From Eledone cirrhosa (Eukaryota), in NCBI GenBank assembly GCA_964016885.1, contig OZ024744.1:4340001-4404000 (forward strand): 64,000 nucleotides of DNA, in the 5' to 3' direction. The position numbers and the translations under genes are program-made. Shown here one piece after another: positions 12,291 through 26,450 of this stretch (the first letter of the stretch is position 1; every line of letters starts with the position of its first letter). Below the pieces are notes generated by a model. The model was not told where the DNA came from and made no database searches. It saw only the letters and a program-made list of their open reading frames with translations.

Positions 12291-14560
12291 GGTAGAGAAA
12301 GATAGCTTGGTGAAGAACGAAGTTTTGAGGGAAGACAAGCTGGAGAAAGATAGCTTGGTGAAGAACGAAGTTTTGAGGAAGACAAGGTAGAGAAAGATTG
12401 CTTGATGAAGAACGAAGTTTTGAGGGAAGACAAGGTAGAGAAAGTTAGCTTGGTGAAGAACGAAGTTTTGAGGGAAGAGAAGGTAGAGAAAGATAGTTTG
12501 GTGAAGAACGAAGTTTTGGGGGAAAAAAAGGTAGAGAAAGATAGCTTGTTGAAGAACGAAGTTTTGAGGGAAGACAAGGTAGAGAAAGATAGCTTGGTGA
12601 GGAACGAAGTTTTGGGGGAAGACAGGGTAGAGAAAGATAGCCTGGTGAAGAACGAAGTTTTGAGGGAAGACAAGGTAGAGAAAGAGAGCTTGGTGAAGAA
12701 CGAAGTTTTGAGAGAAGAATGGGTAGAGAAAGATAGCTTGGTGAAGAACGACGTTTTGAGGGAAGACAAGGTAGGGAAAGATAGCTTGGTGAAGAACGAC
12801 GTTTTGTGGGAAGACAAGGTAGAGAAAGATAGCTTGGTGAAGAACGAAGTTTTGTGGGAAGACAAGGTAGAGAAAGATAGCTTGGTGAAGAACGAAGTTT
12901 TGGGGGTAGACAAGGTAGAGACAGATAGCTTGGTGAAAAACGAAGTTTTGGGGGAAGACAAGGTAGAGAAAGATAGCTTGGTGAAGAACGACGTTTTGAG
13001 GGGAGACAAGGTAGAGAAAGATAGCTTGATGAAGAACGAAGTTTTGTGGGAAGACAAGGTAGAGAAAGATAGCTTGATCAAGAACGAAGTTTTGAGGGAA
13101 GACAAGGTAGAGAAAGATAGCTTGGTGAAGAACGAAGTTTTGAGGGAAGACAAGGTAGAGAAGGATAGCTTGTGAAGAACGAAGTTTTGGGGGAAGACAA
13201 CGTAGAGAAAGATAGCTTGGTGTAGAACGAACGAAGTTTTGAGGGAAGACAAGGTAGAGAAGGATAGCTTGTGAAGAACGAAGTTTTGGGGGAAGACAAG
13301 GTAGAGAAAGATAGCTTGGTGAAGAACGAACGAAGTTTTGAGGGAAGACAAGGTAGAGAAAGATAGCTTGGTGAAGAACGACGTTTTGAGGGAAGACAAA
13401 GTAGAGAACGATAGCTTGATGAAGAACGGAGTTTTGAGGGAAGACAAGATAGAGAAAGATAGCTTGGTGAAGAACGAAGTTTTGAGGGAAGACAAGGTAG
13501 AGAAAGATAGCTTGGTGAAGAACGAAGTTTGATGGAAGACAAGGTATAGAAAGATAGCTTGATCAAGAAAGAAGTTTTGAGGGAAGACAAGGTAGAGAAA
13601 GATAGCTTGGTGAAGAACGAAGTTTTGAGGGAAGACAAGGTAGAGAAAGATAGCTTGGTGAAGAACGAAGTTTTGAGGAAGACAAGGTAGAGAAAGATTG
13701 CTTGATGAAGAACGAAGTTTTGAGGGAAGACAAGGTAGAGAAAGTTAGCTTGGTGAAGAACGAAGTTTTGAGGGAAGAGAAGGTAGAGAAAGATAGTTTG
13801 GTGAAGAACGAAGTTTTGGGGGAAAAAAAGGTAGAGAAAGATAGCTTGTTGAAGAACGAAGTTTTGAGGGAAGACAAGGTAGAGAAAGATAGCTTGGTGA
13901 GGAACGAAGTTTTGGGGGAAGACAGGGTAGAGAAAGATAGCCTGGTGAAGAACGAAGTTTTGAGGGAAGACAAGGTAGAGAAAGAGAGCTTGGTGAAGAA
14001 CGAAGTTTTGAGAGAAGAATGGGTAGAGAAAGATAGCTTGGTGAAGAACGACGTTTTGAGGGAAGACAAGGTAGGGAAAGATAGCTTGGTGAAGAACGAC
14101 GTTTTGTGGGAAGACAAGGTAGAGAAAGATAGCTTGGTGAAGAACGAAGTTTTGTGGGAAGACAAGGTAGAGAAAGATAGCTTGGTGAAGAACGAAGTTT
14201 TGGGGGTAGACAAGGTAGAGACAGATAGCTTGGTGAAAAACGAAGTTTTGGGGGAAGACAAGGTAGAGAAAGATAGCTTGGTGAAGAACGACGTGTTGAG
14301 GGGAGACAAGGTAGAGAAAGATAGCTTGATGAAGAACGAAGTTTTGTGGGAAGACAAGGTAGAGAAAGATAGCTTGATCAAGAACGAAGTTTTGAGGGAA
14401 GACAAGGTAGAGAAAGATAGCTTGGTGAAGAACGAAGTTTTGAGGGAAGACAAGGTAGAGAAGGATAGCTTGTGAAGAACGAAGTTTTGGGGGAAGACAA
14501 CGTAGAGAAAGATAGCTTGGTGTAGAACGAACGAAGTTTTGAGGGAAGACAAGGTAGAGA
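11940..14560. repeat. Tandem duplication, 1300-bp period (27 monomers)
   Basis: Offsets 12038/13338 and 12402/13702 equal 1300 (27x48+4). Private variants are shared: 'gagacagatag...gtgaaaaacg' (~12920, ~14220) and 'gtgtagaacgaacg' (~13220, ~14520). Confidence 0.88.
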
Positions 14561-17500
14561 AAGATAGTTTGGTGAAGAACGAAGTTTTGGGGGAAAAAAG
14601 GTAGAGAAAGATAGCTTGGTGAAGAACGAAGTTTTGAGGGAAGACAAGGTAGAGAAAGATAGCTTGGTGAAGAACGAAGTTTTGAGGGAAGTCAAGGTAG
14701 AGAAAGATAGCTTGGTGAAGAACGAAGTTTTGAGGGAATGCAAGGTAGAGAAAGATAGCTTGATCAAGAACGAAGTTTTGAGGGAAGACAAGGTAGAGAA
14801 AGATAGCTTGGTGAAGAACGAAGTTTTGAGGGAAGACAAGGTAGAGAAGGATAGCTTGTGAAGAACGAAGTTTTGGGGGAAGACAAGGTAGAGAAAGATA
14901 GCTTGGTGAAGAACGAACGAAGTTTTGAGGGAAGACAAGGTAGAGAAAGATAGCTTGGTGAAGAACGACGTTTTGAGGGAAGACAAAGTAGAGAACGATA
15001 GCTTGATGAAGAACGGAGTTTTGAGGGAAGACAAGATAGAGAAAGATAGCTTGGTGAAGAACGAAGTTTTGAGGGAAGACAAGGTAGAGAAAGATAGCTT
15101 GGTGAAGAACGAAGTTTGATGGAAGACAAGGTATAGAAAGATAGCTTGATCAAGAACGAAGTTTTGAGGGAAGACAAGGTAGAGAAAGATAGCTTGGTGA
15201 AGAACGAAGTTTTGAGGGAAGACAAGGTAGAGAAGGATAGCTTGTGAAGAACGAAGTTTTGGGGGAAGACAAGGTAGAGAAAGATAGTTTTGGTGAAGAA
15301 CGGGGTTTTGGGGGAAAAAAAGGTAGTGAAAGATAGCTTGGTGAAGAACGAAGTTTTGAGGGAAGACAAGGTAGAGAAAGATAGCTTGGTGAAGAACGAA
15401 GTTTTGAGGAAGACAAGGTAGAGAAAGATTGCTTGATGAAGAACGAAGTTTTGAGGGAAGACAAGGTAGAGAAAGTTAGCTTGGTGAAGAACGAAGTTTT
15501 GAGGGAAGAGAAGGTAGAGAAAGATAGTTTGGTGAAGAACGAAGTTTTGGGGGAAAAAAAGGTAGAGAAAGATAGCTTGGTGAAGAACGAAGTTTTGAGG
15601 GAAGACAAGGTAGAGAAAGATAGCTTGGTGAGGAACGAAGTTTTGGGGGAAGACAGGGTAGAGAAAGATAGCCTGGTGAAGAACGAAGTTTTGAGGGAAG
15701 ACAAGGTAGAGAAAGAGAGCTTGGTGAAGAACGAAGTTTTGAGAGAAGAATGGGTAGAGAAAGATAGCTTGGTGAAGAACGACGTTTTGAGGGAAGACAA
15801 GGTAGGGAAAGATAGCTTGGTGAAGAACGACGTTTTGTGGGAAGACAAGGTAGAGAAAGATAGCTTGGTGAAGAACGAAGTTTTGTGGGAAGACAAGGTA
15901 GAGAAAGATAGCTTGGTGAAGAACGAAGTTTTGGGGGTAGACAAGGTAGAGAAAGATAGCTTGGTGAAGAACGAAGTTTTGGGGGAAGACAAGGTAGAGA
16001 AAGATAGCTTGGTGACGAACGAAGTCTTGAGGGAAGACAAGGTAGAGAAAGATAGCTTGATTAAGAACGAACGATGTTTTGAGGGAAGACAAAGTAGAGA
16101 AAGATAGCTTGGTGAAGAACGAAGTTTTGAGGGAAGACAAGGTAGAGAAAGATAGCTTGGTGAAGAACGAAGTTTTGAGCGAAGACAAGGTAGAGAAGGA
16201 TAGCTTGTGAAGAACGAAGTTTTGAGGGAAGACAAGGTAGAGAAAGATAGCTTGGTGAAGAACGAAGTGTTGAGGGAAGACAAGGTAGAGAAAGATAGCT
16301 TGGTGAAGAACGAAGTTTTGAGGGAATGCAAGGTAGAGAAAGATAGCTTGATCAAGAACGAAGTTTTGAGGGAAGACAAGGTAGAGAAAGATAGCTTGGT
16401 GAAGAACGAAGTTTTGAGGGAAGACAAGGTAGAGAAGGATAGCTTGTGAAGAACGAAGTTTTGGGGGAAGACAAGGTAGAGAAAGATAGCTTGGTGAAGA
16501 ACGAACGAAGTTTTGAGGGAAGACAAGGTAGAGAAAGATAGCTTGGTGAAGAACGACGTTTTGAGGGAAGACAAAGTAGAGAACGATAGCTTGATGAAGA
16601 ACGGAGTTTTGAGGGAAGACAAGATAGAGAAAGATAGCTTGGTGAAGAACGAAGTTTTGAGGGAAGACAAGGTAGAGAAAGATAGCTTGGTGAAGAACGA
16701 AGTTTTGAGGGAAGTCAAGGTAGAGAAAGATAGCTTGGTGAAGAACGACGTTTTGAGGGAAGACAAGGTAGGGAAAGATAGCTTGGTGAAGAACGACGTT
16801 TTGTGGGAAGACAAGGTAGAGAAAGATAGCATGGTGAAGAACGAAATTTTGTGGGAAGACAAGGTAGAGAAAGATAGCTTGGTGAAGAACGAAGTTTTGG
16901 GGGTAGACAAGGTAGAGAAAGATAGCTTGGTGAAGAACGAAGTTTTGGGGGAAGACAAGGTAGAGAAAGATAGCTTGGTGAAGAACGACGTTTTGAGGGA
17001 AGACAAGGTAGAGAAAGATAGCTTGATGAAGAACGAAGTTGTGTGGGAAGACAAGGTAGAGAAAGATAGCTTGATGAAGAACGACGTTTTGGGGGAAGAC
17101 AATGTAGAGAAAGATAGCTTGGTGACGAACGAAGTCTTGAGGGAAGACAAGGTAGAGAAAGATAGCTTGATGAAGAACGAACGATGTTTTGAGGGAAGAC
17201 AAGATAGAGAAAGATAGCTTGATCAAGAACGAATTTTGAGGGAAGACAAGGTAGAGAAAGATAGCTTGGTGAAGAACGAAGTTTTGGGGGAAGACAAGGT
17301 AGAGAAAGATAGTTTGGTGAAGAACGGAGTTTTGGGGGAAATAAAGGTAGGGAAAGATAGCTTGGTGAAGAACGAAGTTTTGAGGGAAGACAAGATAGAG
17401 AAAGATAGCTTGGTGAAGAACGAAGTTTTGAGGGAAGACAAGGTAGAGAAAGATTGCTTGATGAAGAACGAAGTTTTGAGGGAAGACAAGGTAGAGAAAG

Positions 17501-20289
17501 TTAGCTTGGTGAAGAACGAAGTTTTGAGGGTAGAGAAGGTAGAGAAAGATAGTTTGGTGAAGAACGAAGTTTTGGGGGAAAAAAAGGTAGAGAAAGATAG
17601 CTTGGTGAAGAACGAGGTTTTGAGGGAAGACAAGGTAGAGAAAGATAGCTTGGTGAGGAACGAAGTTTTGGGGGAAGACAGGGTAGAGAAAGATAGCCTG
17701 GTGAAGAACGAAGTTTTGATGGAAGACAAGGTAGAGAAAGAGAGCTTGGTGAAGAACGAAGTTTTGAGAGAAGAATGGGTAGAGAAAGATAGCTTGGTGA
17801 AGAACGACGTTTTGAGGGAAGACAAGGTAGGGAAAGATAGCTTGGTGAAGAACGACGTTTTGTGGGAAGACAAGGTAGAGAAAGATAGCTTGGTGAAGAA
17901 CGAAGTTTTGTGGGAAGACAAGGTAGAGAAAGATAGCTTGGTGAAGAACGAAGTTTTGGGGGTAGACAAGGTAGAGAAAGATAGCTTGGTGAAGAACGAA
18001 GTTTTGGGGAAAGACAAGGTAGAGAAAGATAGCTTGGTGAAGAACGACGTTTTGAGGGAAGACAAGGTAGAGAAAGATAGCTTGATGAAGAACGAAGTTT
18101 TGTGGGAAGACAAGGTAGAGAAAGATAGCTTGGTGAAGAACGAAGTTTTGGGGGAAGACAATGTAGAGAAAGATAGCTTGGTGACGAACGAAGTCTTGAG
18201 GGAAGACAAGGTAGAGAAAGATAGCTTGATGAAGAACGAACGATGTTTTGAGGGAAGACAAAGTAGAGAAAGATAGCTTGGTGAAGAACGAAGTTTTGAG
18301 GGAAGACAAGGTAGAGAAAGATAGCTTGGTGAAGAACGAAGTTTTGAGCGAAGACAAGGTAGAGAAGGATAGCTTGTGAAGAACGAAGTTTTGAGGGAAG
18401 ACAAGGTAGAGAAAGATAGCTTGGTGAAGAACGAAGTTTTGAGGGAAGACAAGGTAGAGAAAGATAGCTTGGTGAAGAACGAAGTTTTGAGGGAATGCAA
18501 GGTAGAGAAAGATAGCTTGATCAAGAACGAAGTTTTGAGGGAAGACAAGGTAGAGAAAGATAGCTTGGTGAAGAACGAAGTTTTGAGGGAAGACAAGGTA
18601 GAGAAGGATAGCTTGTGAAGAACGAAGTTTTGGGGGAAGACAAGGTAGAGAAAGATAGCTTGGTGAAGAACGAACGAAGTTTTGAGGGAAGACAAGGTAG
18701 AGAAAGATAGCTTGGTGAAGAACGACGTTTTGAGGGAAGACAAAGTAGAGAACGATAGCTTGATGAAGAACGGAGTTTTGAGGGAAGACAAGATAGAGAA
18801 AGATAGCTTGGTGAAGAACGAAGTTTTGAGGGAAGACAAGGTAGAGAAAGATAGCTTGGTGAAGAACGACGTTTTGAGGGAAGACAAGGTAGGGAAAGAT
18901 AGCTTGGTGAAGAACGACGTTTTGTGGGAAGACAAGGTAGAGAAAGATAGCTTGGTGAAGAACGAAGTTTTGTGGGAAGACAAGGTAGAGAAAGATAGCT
19001 TGGTGAAGAACGAAGTTTTGGGGGTAGACAAGGTAGAGAAAGATAGCTTGGTGAAGAACGAAGTTTTGAGGGAAGACAAGGTAGAGAAAGATAGCTTGGT
19101 GAGGAACGAAGTTTTGGGGGAAGACAGGGTAGAGAAAGATAGCCTGGTGAAGAACGAAGTTTTGATGGAAGACAAGGTAGAGAAAGAGAGCTTGGTGAAG
19201 AACGAAGTTTTGAGAGAAGAATGGGTAGAGAAAGATAGCTTGGTGAAGAACGACGTTTTGAGGGAAGACAAGGTAGGGAAAGATAGCTTGGTGAAGAACG
19301 ACGTTTTGTGGGAAGACAAGGTAGAGAAAGATAGCTTGGTGAAGAACGAAGTTTTGTGGGAAGACAAGGTAGAGAAAGATAGCTTGGTGAAGAACGAAGT
19401 TTTGGGGGTAGACAAGGTAGAGAAAGATAGCTTGGTGAAGAACGAAGTTTTGGGGAAAGACAAGGTAGAGAAAGATAGCTTGGTGAAGAACGACGTTTTG
19501 AGGGAAGACAAGGTAGAGAAAGATAGCTTGATGAAGAACGAAGTTTTGTGGGAAGACAAGGTAGAGAAAGATAGCTTGGTGAAGAACGAAGTTTTGGGGG
19601 AAGACAATGTAGAGAAAGATAGCTTGGTGACGAACGAAGTCTTGAGGGAAGACAAGGTAGAGAAAGATAGCTTGATGAAGAACGAACGATGTTTTGAGGG
19701 AAGACAAAGTAGAGAAAGATAGCTTGGTGAAGAACGAAGTTTTGAGGGAAGACAAGGTAGAGAAAGATAGCTTGGTGAAGAACGAAGTTTTGAGCGAAGA
19801 CAAGGTAGAGAAGGATAGCTTGTGAAGAACGAAGTTTTGAGGGAAGACAAGGTATAGAAAGATAGCTTGGTGAAGAACGAAGTTTTGAGGGAAGACAAGG
19901 TAGAGAAAGATAGCTTGGTGAAGAACGAAGTTTTGAGGGAATGCAAGGTAGAGAAAGATAGCTTGATCAAGAACGAAGTTTTGAGGGAAGACAAGGTAGA
20001 GAAGATAGCTTGGTGAAGAACGAAGTTTTGAGGGAAGACAAGGTAGAGAAGGATAGCTTGTGAAGAACGAAGTTTTGGGGGAAGACAAGGTAGAGAAAGA
20101 TAGCTTGGTGAAGAACGAACGAAGTTTTGAGGGAAGACAAGGTAGAGAAAGATAGCTTGGTGAAGAACGACGTTTTGAGGGAAGACAAAGTAGAGAACGA
20201 TAGCTTGATGAAGAACGGAGTTTTGAGGGAAGACAAGATAGAGAAAGATAGCTTGGTGAAGAACGAAGTTTTGAGGGAAGACAAGGTAG

Positions 20290-23200
20290 AGAAAGATAGC
20301 TTGGTGAAGAACGACGTTTTGAGGGAAGACAAGGTAGGGAAAGATAGCTTGGTGAAGAACGACGTTTTGTGGGAAGACAAGGTAGAGAAAGATAGCTTGG
20401 TGAAGAACGAAGTTTTGTGGGAAGACAAGGTAGAGAAAGATAGCTTGGTGAAGAACGAAGTTTTGGGGGTAGACAAGGTAGAGAAAGATAGCTTGGTGAA
20501 GAACGAAGTTTTGGGGGAAGACAAGGTAGAGAAAGATAGCTTGGTGAAGAACGACGTTTTGAGGGAAGACAAGGTAGAGAAAGATAGCTTGATGAAGAAC
20601 GAAGTTGTGTGGGAAGACAAGGTAGAGAAAGATAGCTTGGTGAAGAACGACGTTTTGAGGGAAGACAAGGTAGAGAAAGATAGCTTGATGAAGAACGAAG
20701 TTTTGGGGGAAGACAATGTAGAGAAAGATAGCTTGGTGACGAACGAAGTCTTGAGGGAAGACAAGGTAGAGAAAGATAGCTTGATGAAGAACGAACGATG
20801 TTTTGAGGGAAGACAAAGTAGAGAAAGATAGCTTGGTGAAGAACGAAGTTTTGAGGGAAGACAAGGTAGAGAAAGATAGCTTGGTGAAGAACGAAGTTTT
20901 GAGCGAAGACAAGGTAGAGAAGGATAGCTTGTGAAGAACGAAGTTTTGAGGGAAGACAAGGTAGAGAAAGAAAGCTTGGTGAAGAACGAAGTTTTGAGGG
21001 AAGAGAAGGTAGAGAAAGATAGCTTGGTGAAGAACGAAGTTTTGAGGGAATGCAAGGTAGAGAAAGATAGCTTGATCAAGAACGAAGTTTTGAGGGAAGA
21101 CAAGGTAGAGAAAGATAGCTTGGTGAAGAACGAAGTTTTGAGGGAAGACAAGGTAGAGAAAGATAGCTTGGTGAAGAACGAACGAAGTTTTGAGGGAAGA
21201 CAAGGTAGAGAAAGATAGCTTGGTGAAGAACGACGTTTCGAGGGAAGACAAAGTAGAGAACGATAGCTTGATGAAGAACGGAGTTTTGAGGGAAGACAAG
21301 ATAGAGAAAGATAGCTTGGTGAAGAACGAAGTTTTGAGGGAAGACAAGGTAGAGAAAGATAGTTTGGTGAAGAACGGAGTTTTGGGGGGAAAAAAGGTAG
21401 GGAAAGATAGCTTGGTGAAGAACGAAGTTTTGAGGGAAGACAAGGTAGAGAAAGATAGCTTGGTGAAGAACGAAGTTTTGATGGAAGACAAGATAGAGAA
21501 AGATAGCTTGGTGAAGAACGAAGTTTTGAGGGAAGACAAGGTAGAGAAAGATAGTTTGGTGAAGAACGGAGTTTTGGGGGAAAAAAAGGTAGGGAAAGAT
21601 AGCTTGGTGAAGAACGAAGTTTTGAGGGAATGCAAGGTAGAGAAAGATAGCTTGATCAAGAACGAAGTTTTGAGGGAAGACAAGGTAGAGAAAGATAGCT
21701 TGTGAAGAACGAAGTTTTGGGGGAAGACAAGGTAGAGAAAGATAGCTTGGTGACGAACGAACGAAGTTTTGAGGGAAGACAAGGTAGAGAAAGATAGCTT
21801 GGTGAAGAACGACGTTTTGAGGGAAGACAAAGTAGAGAACGATAGCTTGATGAAGAACGAAGTTTTGGGGGAAGACAAGGTAGAGAAAGATAGCTTGGTG
21901 AAGAACGAACGAAGTTTTGAGGGAAGACAAGGTAGAGAAAGATAGCTTGGTGAAGAACGACGTTTTGAGGGAAGACAAAGTAGAGAACGATAGCTTGATG
22001 AAGAACGGAGTTTTGAGGGAAGACAAGATAGAGAAAGATAGCTTGGTGAAGAACGAAGTTTTGAGGGAAGACAAGGTAGAGAAAGATAGCTTGGTGAAGA
22101 ACGAAGTTTTGAGGGAAGTCAAGGTAGAGAAAGATAGCTTGGTGAAGAACGACGTTTTGAGGGAAGACAAGGTAGGGAAAGATAGTTTGGTGAAGAACGA
22201 AGTTTTGGGGGAAAAAAAGGTAGAGAAAGATAGCTTGGTGAAGAACGAAGTTTTGAGGGAAGACAAGGTAGAGAAAGATAGCTTGGTGAGGAACGAAGTT
22301 TTGGGGGAAGACAGGGTAGAGAAAGATAGCCTGGTGAAGAACGAAGTTTTGATGGAAGACAAGGTAGAGAAAGAGAGCTTGGTGAAGAACGAAGTTTTGA
22401 GAGAAGAATGGGTAGAGAAAGATAGCTTGGTGAAGAACGACGTTTTGAGGGAAGACAAGGTAGGGAAAGATAGCTTGGTGAAGAACGACGTTTTGTGGGA
22501 AGACAAGGTAGAGAAAGATAGCTTGGTGAAGAACGAAGTTTTGTGGGAAGACAAGGTAGAGAAAGATAGCTTGGTGAAGAACGAAGTTTTGGGGGTAGAC
22601 AAGGTAGAGAAAGATAGCTTGGTGAAGAACGAAGTTTTGGGGAAAGACAAGGTAGAGAAAGATAGCTTGGTGAAGAACGACGTTTTGAGGGAAGACAAGG
22701 TAGAGAAAGATAGCTTGATGAAGAACGAAGTTTTGTGGGAAGACAAGGTAGAGAAAGATAGCTTGGTGAAGAACGAAGTTTTGGGGGAAGACAATGTAGA
22801 GAAAGATAGCTTGGTGACGAACGAAGTCTTGAGGGAAGACAAGGTAGAGAAAGATAGCTTGATGAAGAACGAACGATGTTTTGAGGGAAGACAAAGTAGA
22901 GAAAGATAGCTTGGTGAAGAACGAAGTTTTGAGGGAAGACAAGGTAGAGAAAGATAGCTTGGTGAAGAACGAAGTTTTGAGCGAAGACAAGGTAGAGAAG
23001 GATAGCTTGTGAAGAACGAAGTTTTGAGGGAAGACAAGGTATAGAAAGATAGCTTGGTGAAGAACGAAGTTTTGAGGGAAGACAAGGTAGAGAAAGATAG
23101 CTTGGTGAAGAACGAAGTTTTGAGGGAATGCAAGGTAGAGAAAGATAGCTTGATCAAGAACGAAGTTTTGAGGGAAGACAAGGTAGAGAAAGATAGCTTG

Positions 23201-26200
23201 GTGAAGAACGAAGTTTTGAGGGAAGACAAGGTAGAGAAGGATAGCTTGTGAAGAACGAAGTTTTGGGGGAAGACAAGGTAGAGAAAGATAGCTTGGTGAA
23301 GAACGAACGAAGTTTTGAGGGAAGACAAGGTAGAGAAAGATAGCTTGGTGAAGAACGAAGTTTTGAGGGAAGACAAGGTAGAGAAAGAGAGCTTGGTGTA
23401 GAACGAAGTTTTGAGAGAAGAATGGGTAGAGAAAGATAGCTTGGTGAAGAACGACGTTTTGAGGGAAGACAAGGTAGGGAAAGATAGCTTGGTGAAGAAC
23501 GACGTTTTGTGGGAAGACAAGGTAGAGAAAGATAGCTTGGTGAAGAACGAAGTTTTGTGGGAAGACAAGGTAGAGAAAGATAGCTTGGTGAAGAACGAAG
23601 TTTTGGGGGTAGACAAGGTAGAGAAAGATAGCTTGGTGAAGAACGAAGTTTTGGGGGAAGACAAGGTAGAGAAAGATAGCTTGGTGAAGAACGACGTTTT
23701 GAGGGAAGACAAGGTAGAGAAAGATAGCTTGATGAAGAACGAAGTTGTGTGGGAAGACAAGGTAGAGAAAGATAGCTTGGTGAAGAACGACGTTTTGAGG
23801 GAAGACAAGGTAGAGAAAGATAGCTTGATGAAGAACGAAGTTTTGGGGGAAGACAATGTAGAGAAAGATAGCTTGGTGACGAACGAAGTCTTGAGGGAAG
23901 ACAAGGTAGAGAAAGATAGCTTGATGAAGAACGAACGATGTTTTGAGGGAAGACAAAGTAGAGAAAGATAGCTTGGTGAAGAACGAAGTTTTGAGGGAAG
24001 ACAAGGTAGAGAAAGATAGCTTGGTGAAGAACGAAGTTTTGAGCGAAGACAAGGTAGAGAAGGATAGCTTGTGAAGAACGAAGTTTTGAGGGAAGACAAG
24101 GTAGAGAAAGAAAGCTTGGTGAAGAACGAAGTTTTGAGGGAAGAGAAGGTAGAGAAAGATAGCTTGGTGAAGAACGAAGTTTTGAGGGAATGCAAGGTAG
24201 AGAAAGATAGCTTGATCAAGAACGAAGTTTTGAGGGAAGACAAGGTAGAGAAAGATAGCTTGGTGAAGAACGAAGTTTTGAGGGAAGACAAGGTAGAGAA
24301 AGATAGCTTGGTGAAGAACGAACGAAGTTTTGAGGGAAGAGAAGGTAGAGAAAGATAGCTTGGTGAAGAACGACGTTTCGAGGGAAGACAAAGTAGAGAA
24401 CGATAGCTTGATGAAGAACGGAGTTTTGAGGGAAGACAAGATAGAGAAAGATAGCTTGGTGAAGAACGAAGTTTTGAGGGAAGACAAGGTAGAGAAAGAT
24501 AGTTTGGTGAAGAACGGAGTTTTGGGGGGAAAAAAGGTAGGGAAAGATAGCTTGGTGAAGAACGAAGTTTTGAGGGAAGACAAGGTAGAGAAAGATAGCT
24601 TGGTGAAGAACGAAGTTTTGATGGAAGACAAGATAGAGAAAGATAGCTTGGTGAAGAACGAAGTTTTGAGGGAAGACAAGGTAGAGAAAGATAGTTTGGT
24701 GAAGAACGGAGTTTTGGGGGAAAAAAAGGTAGGGAAAGATAGCTTGGTGAAGAACGAAGTTTTGAGGGAATGCAAGGTAGAGAAAGATAGCTTGATCAAG
24801 AACGAAGTTTTGAGGGAAGACAAGGTAGAGAAAGATAGCTTGTGAAGAACGAAGTTTTGGGGGAAGACAAGGTAGAGAAAGATAGCTTGGTGACGAACGA
24901 ACGAAGTTTTGAGGGAAGACAAGGTAGAGAAAGATAGCTTGGTGAAGAACGACGTTTTGAGGGAAGACAAAGTAGAGAACGATAGCTTGATGAAGAACGA
25001 AGTTTTGGGGGAAGACAAGGTAGAGAAAGATAGCTTGGTGAAGAACGAACGAAGTTTTGAGGGAAGACAAGGTAGAGAAAGATAGCTTGGTGAAGAACGA
25101 CGTTTTGAGGGAAGACAAAGTAGAGAACGATAGCTTGATGAAGAACGGAGTTTTGAGGGAAGACAAGATAGAGAAAGATAGCTTGGTGAAGAACGAAGTT
25201 TTGAGGGAAGACAAGGTAGAGAAAGATAGCTTGGTGAAGAACGAAGTTTTGAGGGAAGTCAAGGTAGAGAAAGATAGCTTGGTGAAGAACGACGTTTTGA
25301 GGGAAGACAAGGTAGGGAAAGATAGTTTGGTGAAGAACGAAGTTTTGGGGGAAAAAAAGGTAGAGAAAGATAGCTTGGTGAAGAACGAAGTTTTGAGGGA
25401 AGACAAGGTAGAGAAAGATAGCTTGGTGAGGAACGAAGTTTTGGGGGAAGACAGGGTAGAGAAAGATAGCCTGGTGAAGAACGAAGTTTTGATGGAAGAC
25501 AAGGTAGAGAAAGAGAGCTTGGTGAAGAACGAAGTTTTGAGAGAAGAATGGGTAGAGAAAGATAGCTTGGTGAAGAACGACGTTTTGAGGGAAGACAAGG
25601 TAGGGAAAGATAGCTTGGTGAAGAACGACGTTTTGTGGGAAGACAAGGTAGAGAAAGATAGCTTGGTGAAGAACGAAGTTTTGTGGGAAGACAAGGTAGA
25701 GAAAGATAGCTTGGTGAAGAACGAAGTTTTGGGGGTAGACAAGGTAGAGAAAGATAGCTTGGTGAAGAACGAAGTTTTGGGGGAAGACAAGGTAGAGAAA
25801 GATAGCTTGGTGAAGAACGACGTTTTGAGGGAAGACAAGGTAGAGAAAGATAGCTTGATGAAGAACGAAGTTTTGTGGGAAGACAAGGTAGAGAAAGATA
25901 GCTTGGTGAAGAACGAAGTTTTGGGGGAAGACAATGTAGAGAAAGATAGCTTGGTGACGAACGAAGTCTTGAGGGAAGACAAGGTAGAGAAAGATAGCTT
26001 GATGAAGAACGAACGATGTTTTGAGGGAAGACAAAGTAGAGAAAGATAGCTTGGTGAAGAACGAAGTTTTGAGGGAAGACAAGGTAGTGAAAAATAGCTT
26101 GGTGAAGAACGAAGTTTTGAGCGAAGACAAGGTAGAGAAGGATAGCTTGTGAAGAACGAAGTTTTGAGGGAAGACAAGGTAGAGAAAGATAGCTTGGTGA

Positions 26201-26450
26201 AGAACGAAGTTTTGAGGGAAGACAAGGTAGAGAAAGATAGCTTGGTGAAGAACGAAGTTTTGAGGGAATGCAAGGTAGAGAAAGATAGCTTGATCAAGAA
26301 CGAAGTTTTGAGGGAAGACAAGGTAGAGAAAGATAGCTTGGTGAAGAACGAAGTTTTGAGGGAAGACAAGGTAGAGAAGGATAGCTTGTGAAGAACGAAG
26401 TTTTGGGGGAAGACAAGGTAGAGAAAGATAGCTTGGTGAAGAACGAACGA
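20290..26450. repeat. Higher-order repeat, 3140-bp period (65 monomers), continuing as derived units of 3236 and 3865 bp to ~33 kb
   Basis: Offsets 20931/24071, 21190/24330 and 21917/25057 equal 3140 (65x48+20). Offsets 24330/27566 equal 3236, and 27566/31431 and 28293/32158 equal 3865. The marker 'gtgacgaacgaacg' occurs at ~21750, 24890, 28126 and 31991. Confidence 0.85.

Noticed and set aside
14764-21878. Very long minus-strand ORFs (1774 aa, 1551 aa, and many others over 1000 aa)
   Set aside because: All three minus frames of the consensus lack stops. The ORFs overlap each other in different frames, consist only of the three repeat peptides, have no unique domain, and mostly begin at TTG/GTG codons inside the repeat.
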